Source: Spirulina sp. (GTDB lineage: Bacteria > Cyanobacteriota > Cyanobacteriia > Phormidesmidales > Phormidesmidaceae). Taken from it: a DNA stretch of 64,000 nt. The notes under the pieces are model-generated. The model was not told where the DNA came from, searched no databases, and saw nothing but the letters and a program-made list of their open reading frames with translations. The first letter of the stretch is position 1. Each line of letters opens with the position of its first letter. Position numbers and translations under genes: made by a program. The stretch spans positions 1-64,000 of the forward strand of contig JBIPSI010000008.1 in the NCBI GenBank assembly GCA_044070495.1. The letters are read 5' to 3'. Positions 57,795 to 64,000 of the stretch are shown here, one piece after another.

Positions 57795-58169
57795 TTAAAT
57801 GCCTAGGCCAAAGGCATTTAGAATGACCTTCAGAAGCGAGCTAACGATGGATAGGGCAATGGCTCCCATAATGGCACTCCAAATCCCCCAGCGTAGGCGA
57901 AATCCTTCAATTAACCAGGCGGCAAACCCAAACACAATAATCGACCCTAAGAGGGGAACAATACCTAGGCTAAAGAGCCAGGTGGCGGTGCGAATGAACT
58001 GCGGGAAAAAAGCCCAGATGCCATCAAAGGCACCGATAATTGCTCCCCCTAGCAGGGCTTTGATGGGGCTGTCAATTTCGACACCAACGGGTGGAATTTT
58101 TGAGATGATCAGCAGACTCACTGCCAAAATGACAACACTAATAGCAAAGTAAATGAGCGCATTAGTCAT
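57795..58169 (-). CDS. YvlD / phage-holin-family membrane protein
   Basis: SLLIISK.P.GVEIDS..KAL, F..AAWL.EGFRL.WG.WSA.MGA..LS. Confidence 0.82.
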   Translation of the reverse strand: MTNALIYFAISVVILAVSLLIISKIPPVGVEIDSPIKALLGGAIIGAFDGIWAFFPQFIRTATWLFSLGIVPLLGSIIVFGFAAWLIEGFRLRWGIWSAIMGAIALSIVSSLLKVILNAFGLGI

Positions 58170-58350
58170 GGGATATTTGCCTCACACGTAAATGGGGATA
58201 GGTAGCGGAGCGAACGACTGATACGGAAAACGGGCTTAGATAGTGACTAAGCCGTAACATTTATGACACATTTCAGCGGTCTATCCTAGTGGGAAATGTC
58301 TTTTTTCCCGGTATTGGCGACAAAGCTCACCTAGGAGCGTGGCAAAGATG

Positions 58351-58893
58351 TTAGGAGGATAGACCTAGCGCCTTAGCCAACGCCTTCAGTACCTCGGCTT
58401 CCCGTTCACTCACACGGCTAGACCCAATGCCCATTACCCCTCCCTCCCGCTGCACCTCGGCGACACGTTGGGCGATGGACATTAACCAAGTTTTAAATTC
58501 TGTGGCCTGTAACCCAGTGACTTTGGCATCCAAAATAGCCGAGATGGTTTGAAAACTTTCCACGGCTCGGTTGCGGGCATCCTTGGGCTTCGTAAACGTC
58601 TGAATAACGCCCAACAGTTCAAACTGTTTTTTAAGAACTAACTGCTCTCCCGTCAGGGATTCCTGGGCATCTTGTTCGGCTAGGGCGGCAACTAGCGCGG
58701 GGGTGAGTTCTCCGGGCAGATCCGTGCGCTTCAGATCTTCCGTGACAATTTTTACGCCAGCAATTAACTCTTGCAAAAAGGAAATGGGATCCACCTTATC
58801 AGCCAAGCACACTGCAATCACAGCCTCCATGGGCGCTTGCAGCAGCTTCGTCCATTCTTCGTCTGTAAAATTCTGTCGCATGAATTCACTCAC
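58351..58893 (-). CDS. Hypothetical protein
   Basis: FT.EEW..L..AP, FK.WL..IA..VAE..REGG.MGIG..RVS..E. Confidence 0.75.
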   Translation of the reverse strand: MSEFMRQNFTDEEWTKLLQAPMEAVIAVCLADKVDPISFLQELIAGVKIVTEDLKRTDLPGELTPALVAALAEQDAQESLTGEQLVLKKQFELLGVIQTFTKPKDARNRAVESFQTISAILDAKVTGLQATEFKTWLMSIAQRVAEVQREGGVMGIGSSRVSEREAEVLKALAKALGLSS

Positions 58894-59243
58894 AAAATAG
58901 GTTGATTTATCAGGATGTTGCCCTATTCAGGGATACCATATCGGCTAAAAATATGAAATGAATAAGCGTTAACAAATAGACGCGATGGGCGGGGCATAAA
59001 TCCGCCGTTGCCAGGGATCGCCGCAGCGGTTTGTGTCTGGGCTGGCCTAGACTGGCCCAGTTCTCACGGGTCAGAGGCTACAATCGTGACCTGGGTCACA
59101 GTTTTTGGGGTGGGCCTTGGGTTACCTCTGATGGGGGCATGGATACCTCTAATGGAGGGGGGTATCCTGAGGAGTGCCTGGGCGAAGTCTGGGGATCCTA
59201 CGCTCTGTCGTTGTCTGTTGTTGGTCGTGTCGCGGGAGTCGGT

Positions 59244-59999
59244 ATGTCGTTTTCCCTAGATCGCAAGGGGTCTGTTTGGCTGGGCACCACCGATACGGTG
59301 GATGACCCACCGACGGATATGGCGTCCGGGTCGGGGGGTGATCATGGTTCAACCTCAGTGCCGCCAGAACCGGAGGCGACCCTGTTCTTTGAAGGACGGT
59401 ATGCGGGTCAAATGGATATGGCCGCCGACTTGGGTACCGTGGGTACTTACCTGAATGGCCACCGTAGTTGGTTTCCCCGCTGCGCCCATCCCATGCGAGT
59501 TAACCCCATTTCCGAGCACGGCTATGCGCTAGTGGTGGGTCACTTTTCGGTGCTGGGCTATGAGGTAGAACCCCAGGTGGGTCTATACCTCTCGCCCCTC
59601 GACCACGGCATCTACCGCATTGATACCATGGCGATTCCGGGCTATGTGCCACCGGGCTACGATGTGGATTTTCAGGCGGTGCTGAACCTGCTGGAGGGAT
59701 ACGATCCCCAGGGCGATCCCCTCACCCAGGTGGATTGGACGCTGACGCTGACGGTGCGGATTCACAAGCCGCGTTTTCTGAACGCCATTCCCCAGGCCTT
59801 GATCAAAGCCTCCGGCGACAAGCTTTTGAATCAGGTGGTGCGCCAGGTCTCGAAGCGACTGACCCGCAAGGTTCAGGAGGATTTCCACAGCAGCCACCAC
59901 CTGCCCCTACCCGACAGCTACCATCGTCACCATTTTTGGTCTCACTGGGGTAAATCCAACCCCCAGCGGGAAAGCGACCATTCAGATTTTCCCCAATAA
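59244..59999 (+). CDS. DUF1997-domain protein
   Basis: YL..H..WF.RCAHPM.V, GY.L..G.F...GYEVEP.VGL, GD.LL.QVVRQVS.RLT.KVQEDFH; start approximate. Confidence 0.85.
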   Translation: MSFSLDRKGSVWLGTTDTVDDPPTDMASGSGGDHGSTSVPPEPEATLFFEGRYAGQMDMAADLGTVGTYLNGHRSWFPRCAHPMRVNPISEHGYALVVGHFSVLGYEVEPQVGLYLSPLDHGIYRIDTMAIPGYVPPGYDVDFQAVLNLLEGYDPQGDPLTQVDWTLTLTVRIHKPRFLNAIPQALIKASGDKLLNQVVRQVSKRLTRKVQEDFHSSHHLPLPDSYHRHHFWSHWGKSNPQRESDHSDFPQ

Positions 60000-60004
60000 A
60001 AAGC

Positions 60005-60035
60005 CTGCGGCCCAGGTTAAGCCTAGGCCGCAGGA
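60005..60035. terminator. Hairpin between convergent genes
   Basis: CCTGCGGCC...GGCCGCAGG stem flanked by A-rich tracts. Confidence 0.55.
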
Positions 60036-60074
60036 AAATATCGTTATTGACTAGCCCTATGGGCTGGGACTGAA

Positions 60075-60536
60075 CTACAGATTAGACAGCAGGCGCTGCA
60101 CAATCTGTACCCCCGTGAAGGCCTGCCAGCCAAATAAACCCACTAGGACGACGTTCAGGGAAATGTGGGTGAGGCGAGCGGTTTCGTTGCCCTTCTGCAT
60201 GAAGGGGGTTAGCGCTGCCGAAGTGGTGATCAATCCGGCCATGCCGAGGCCCACCAGCAGGTGTGGCCCCACAAACAGCTTGCCGCTTTCCAAGTAGGTG
60301 GCCCCCATGCCGCCGATGGTGCCCAGCACCATGAACGCCATCAGCACGGAGCCTACCTTGTGGTGCTTGAGGGCAAACTTACCCTTGATCAGTTCCTTGC
60401 GGGTTTCGGCATCGGCTAGGCGAGTGCGGCGGGCCTGAACACCGAGGTACATGGCGTATAGGGTTGTCGCTAGCAAGACCCACATGGTGATGGGGTGGAC
60501 AAAGTTGAGCCAAGGCTGGAAGGTGTCTGCGGTCAT
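60075..60536 (-). CDS. DUF4079-domain membrane protein
   Basis: HP..MWVLL...YA.YLG, H.K.GS, GKLFVGPHL..GL, R..H..LN, WQA.TG..IV. Confidence 0.88.
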   Translation of the reverse strand: MTADTFQPWLNFVHPITMWVLLATTLYAMYLGVQARRTRLADAETRKELIKGKFALKHHKVGSVLMAFMVLGTIGGMGATYLESGKLFVGPHLLVGLGMAGLITTSAALTPFMQKGNETARLTHISLNVVLVGLFGWQAFTGVQIVQRLLSNL

Positions 60537-60701
60537 AGCAAGGAGTTGAAGTTTTAAGTTTTCTTACATGAGTATACAGTTAAGTCTCTGGCCTTGGCAA
60601 AGGCGCATCGGTGTCTGGTGTCATCCCTCCATAACGCCCTAGCCCGGAATAATCCCCTAGCCCACAGAAGATCGCTCGTTGCTCCCAGCCGATCCGCGCC
60701 G

Positions 60702-61133
60702 CTAGGAATGGTCGGCGGCGGCAGGGAAGGGGGAACAGGTGTCGTCGGGGCAGTGGGGATAGGCGGGCTGGTAGAGGTCGGCGCGTTGGCCAAAGAGTTG
60801 GTAACGATGGTCACGGATGTAAGCGTAGACCTGATCGCCAGCGGGTTTGGCACCGGGCAAGGCGCGATAGGCCGAGACCAACCCTTGCAGCAGGGGCATC
60901 TGGCGACCAATTTCCTCGGCGGCATCGCTACCCTGCCAGCGGCGGTTAGGCTGGGCTAGGTCGATCAGGATCATGCCCGCTTTGCCATCGGCGGGGGTGA
61001 GGCCGAAGGGGGCCAGGGCGGCGGCATCCTGCATGGGCACATACTGAAAGCGCTGACCCTGATCCACAGCTTCTAACACGCGCACCAGGTTGACACAGAG
61101 GTTGCAGTTGCCGTCGTAGATGATGCAATACAT
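60702..61133 (-). CDS. DCC-family thiol-disulfide oxidoreductase (DUF393)
   Basis: IYDGNCNLC motif, WQGSDAAEEI, Y..IRD.RY.LFG. Confidence 0.88.
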   Translation of the reverse strand: MYCIIYDGNCNLCVNLVRVLEAVDQGQRFQYVPMQDAAALAPFGLTPADGKAGMILIDLAQPNRRWQGSDAAEEIGRQMPLLQGLVSAYRALPGAKPAGDQVYAYIRDHRYQLFGQRADLYQPAYPHCPDDTCSPFPAAADHS

Positions 61134-61296
61134 GGTGGAAAGGGGCTGGCTGCGGTAGGGTGTAGCCGTATCTTAACCCCCTTCAGCCCTGGCTTTCCAG
61201 GGAAAAGTCTACCCCTAGGCAGAGGGGGCATCCGGCGGATCGCCAGCGAAACTAGGAAAGGGCGTAGGAGCCTAGACGCCAAACCCTGGGCGGCGC

Positions 61297-63078
61297 TTGG
61301 GGGCCGAGCAAATTGAACGTGAGGGAAACCCATTGGTCATGGTCACGATCCCGCATCAGCTAGTGCATCGCCTCTGGGTGGCCTCCAGTAACGGGGCTGG
61401 GTGGCCGATGGGTACCCTCTGGCTGGATGGAGGAATCGAGGGCGGCATGACCCTGACCGATGGCGTGATCCCGGTGGCGTTGGTTATGGGAGCGGCCTTA
61501 CTGTGGCGGCTACTTTGGCCTAGGTTAGCCCAGGGGCGGGTGAATTGGATGGGTTCAATGACGGTACAGGACAACCTACAGGAGACCGCCGAACGGTTGA
61601 ATCTGGCCCTGAGTGCGGCGCAGATGGGGTCTTGGGATTGGAACTTAGATCAGCAGACGCAGTTTTGGTCGCCCCAAAGTAAACGCATCCTGGGGCTAGA
61701 TCCAGAGACCTCTCTCCAGCGGCTTGACCAATGGCAGGACTTCATCCACCCCGACGATTGGCCCGCCACCCAGACTGCTGTGGAGCAAGCCCTTGCCACC
61801 CAGCAAGATTTCACCCATCAATATCGGGTGCGATGGCCCGATGGCAGTTGGCACTGGGTGAGCCTCTCTGGGCGGGCGGTGGCCCAGGGGCGCAGTCAAC
61901 GTCTGGTGGGGGTGCTGCAAGATATCACCGACCGCAAGCAGGCGGAATTGTACCTGCGGGCCAGCGAAGCTCGGTTTCGGGCGGTGTTTGAACAGGCGGC
62001 GGTGGGCATGGCGCGGCTGTCGCCGGAGGGGCGATGGATTCAGGTCAACCAGGGGCTGTGCGACATCCTGGGGCGGCCCGCTGAGGCACTGCTGGGGCAT
62101 CACTTCTCGGAGGTCACCGACGAGGCCGACCAGAGCCAAGACGAGGTGTACTACCAGCAGTTGATCCAAGGCGAACAGAGATCCTGCCAGTTCGAGAAGC
62201 GCTACCTCCATGGCGATGGTCATCCGGTTTGGACGCTGGTGACGGTCTCCGTGGAGAGCGATGAATCCGAAGACATCACTGCCCTGATCGCCATTATCGA
62301 GGACATCACTGAGCGCAAGGCTGCCCGCGAAGAACTGCTGCGCCGCGCCGAAGAACTGGCCAACACCAACCTGATGCTGGCCCGCACCACCGCCCTGCTA
62401 GAGCGCCGCAACAGCGAACTCGATCAGTTTGCCTACGTCACCTCCCACGACCTCAAGGCTCCCCTGCGGGCCATTTCTAACCTGGCGGATTGGATCGGGG
62501 AAGACCTAGCGGGTCAGATTCCAGCGGAAAATCAACGGCAGTTGGCCCTGCTGAAAAGCCGCGTGCAGCGCATGGAGGCCCTGATCAACGGCCTGCTGGA
62601 ATATGCCCGCATTGGTCGCCGCGAACGGCAAATCACGCAGGTCAACGTGGCCCAATTGCTCCATAGCGTGATCGATTCCCTCGCGCCGCCCCCAGGGTTT
62701 CAGGTGCAGGTGGCCGATGCCATGCCCACCATCCCCACCCATCAGACCGCCCTCGGCCAAGTTTTTGCCAACCTCATTAGCAACGCCCTCAAACACCATC
62801 ACCAGGATCAGGGCCGCGTTACCATCCATTGCCGTTCCCAGGGGGATGTTTTAGAATTTTGCGTCAGCGACGATGGCCCCGGCATTGCCCCCCAATACCA
62901 CGAAAAAATCTTCACCATTTTCCAAACCCTCAAGGCCAGGGACGACTTTGAAAGTACCGGGGTGGGCCTCTCGGTGGTCAAAAAAATTGTGGAATCGGAA
63001 AATGGCCGCGTGTGGCTAGAATCGGCGGTGGGCGAGGGCAGTCGCTTTTACTTTACCTGGCCGATGGTGAGTGGGTGA
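61297..63078 (+). CDS. PAS-PAS sensor histidine kinase
   Basis: Two PAS/PAC domains (IHPDD, DITDRK, DITERK), FAYVTSHDLKAPLRAI, NLISNALK, DDGPGI, STGVGL; start uncertain. Confidence 0.92.
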   Translation: MGAEQIEREGNPLVMVTIPHQLVHRLWVASSNGAGWPMGTLWLDGGIEGGMTLTDGVIPVALVMGAALLWRLLWPRLAQGRVNWMGSMTVQDNLQETAERLNLALSAAQMGSWDWNLDQQTQFWSPQSKRILGLDPETSLQRLDQWQDFIHPDDWPATQTAVEQALATQQDFTHQYRVRWPDGSWHWVSLSGRAVAQGRSQRLVGVLQDITDRKQAELYLRASEARFRAVFEQAAVGMARLSPEGRWIQVNQGLCDILGRPAEALLGHHFSEVTDEADQSQDEVYYQQLIQGEQRSCQFEKRYLHGDGHPVWTLVTVSVESDESEDITALIAIIEDITERKAAREELLRRAEELANTNLMLARTTALLERRNSELDQFAYVTSHDLKAPLRAISNLADWIGEDLAGQIPAENQRQLALLKSRVQRMEALINGLLEYARIGRRERQITQVNVAQLLHSVIDSLAPPPGFQVQVADAMPTIPTHQTALGQVFANLISNALKHHHQDQGRVTIHCRSQGDVLEFCVSDDGPGIAPQYHEKIFTIFQTLKARDDFESTGVGLSVVKKIVESENGRVWLESAVGEGSRFYFTWPMVSG

Positions 63079-63110
63079 ACCTGGGGCATGGCGTTCAAAG
63101 GGAGATCAGC

Positions 63111-64000
63111 ATGAAGCGATTAGGGTGGCTGGGATGGCTGAGCGTCGGGCTGGTGTGGGGCTGGCCGGGGTTAGCCTGGGGTCTGGATGGTTCTGAGTCA
63201 CAGCTAAGCCGAGGGGCATCGCTTTGGGCGCAGTCGTTGCCGCTGAATCGGGAATCAGATAGACCAACCTCGGAGAGCGGGGCATCCCTGAGGGAAAACC
63301 ATATTGATACCTCGGCGAGGACGCAGGTGTCGCTGACCTTGGCCGACTTGGTGGAACTGGTGTTAACAGGCAACCGAGACTTGCAAAACCAGGGCCTAGA
63401 GCGCATTGTGCAACGCCAGGAACTGACGGCGGCGGAGCAAACCTTCGACCCCCGCTTCACGCCGATTTTGGAGGCCCAGGTCACCCGCCAATGGTCGGAC
63501 ACCGAGGACGTTGTGGATACCACCACCGGAGACATCCTGTTTGGCACCAGCCCCACCAACCGCGATTCGAGGGCCGTGTTGCAAACCAGGGTCACCACTC
63601 GCCAGGGAACGCAGATTGAGGTGGATGCCGATCCGCTGAACCCCGACCGACTGCTAACCGTGCGCCTAGAACAACCCTTGCTGCGGGGCTTTGGCACAGC
63701 AGTAAACGAAGCCCCCTTGGAACAGGCCCGACTGGGAGAACGGCGCAACCAACTGAACCTGGAGGCCAACATCATTGATCTGATCACCACCGCCACCACC
63801 CGCTACACCAGCCTAATTAGCGCCCAGGCCCAGGTGGATATTCAATCCCAGGCCCTAGAACGGCGGCGGCGGCAGCTAGAAATTTTGCAGGCCCTGGTGG
63901 CGGCGGGGCGCGAGGCTCCCATCAACCTGCTTGACACCGAGCGGGCTGTCGCCGATGCAGAACGGCAGCTCGTGGAGGCCCAAAATGACCTCAACCAGGC
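63111..64000 (+). CDS. TolC-family outer membrane efflux protein (runs off the window end)
   Basis: Read by eye from ATG 63111: signal peptide MKRLGWLGWL..., LTLADLVELVL.GNRDL, F.P.FTP, QPLLRGFG..VN.AP. Confidence 0.75.
   Translation, partial: MKRLGWLGWLSVGLVWGWPGLAWGLDGSESQLSRGASLWAQSLPLNRESDRPTSESGASLRENHIDTSARTQVSLTLADLVELVLTGNRDLQNQGLERIVQRQELTAAEQTFDPRFTPILEAQVTRQWSDTEDVVDTTTGDILFGTSPTNRDSRAVLQTRVTTRQGTQIEVDADPLNPDRLLTVRLEQPLLRGFGTAVNEAPLEQARLGERRNQLNLEANIIDLITTATTRYTSLISAQAQVDIQSQALERRRRQLEILQALVAAGREAPINLLDTERAVADAERQLVEAQNDLNQ

Noticed and set aside
57795..58169. Prophage suggested by the holin-family gene and the lysin at 40-42 kb
   Set aside because: The YvlD-type protein is a common chromosomal membrane protein about 16 kb from the lysin; no integrase, capsid, terminase or tail genes are present

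Overview
A 64-kb cyanobacterial chromosomal window, probably from a filamentous Leptolyngbya/Nodosilinea-like strain (inferred from petJ, Hik2-type kinase, fibrillin, rbp, a pilMNOQ operon without pilP, and STRR repeats). Most of it is housekeeping: rbp, uvrC, petJ, icd, dnaA, folC, purT, pilMNOQ, several two-component proteins and three tRNAs (Arg-CCG, Pro-GGG, Leu-CAA). An IS-rich patch (IS5, IS4, IS1 and a truncated Fic gene) occupies the first 6.6 kb. Two accessory regions stand out. (1) An AT-rich gene at 16496-17014 encodes a protein carrying the archaeal/eukaryotic IF5A hypusine-loop signature DISVSKPGKHGSSK instead of the bacterial EF-P loop. It lies between 51-bp REP-containing direct repeats just downstream of tRNA-Pro. 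(2) A co-oriented five-gene cluster at 30664-42103 encodes a peptidoglycan hydrolase, an unknown protein, a caspase-lipase fusion, a CHAT protease and a membrane-anchored nSTAND1 NTPase. Several of these proteins carry recurring T/x-R-[S/G/D] motifs that look like caspase cleavage sites. Also present are a MITE with target duplications inserted twice into the same repeat family, a protease gene whose stop codon lies inside tRNA-Leu, and an apparent lack of HIP1/CGATCG. All calls come from reading the sequence and translations by eye; no database searches were run.
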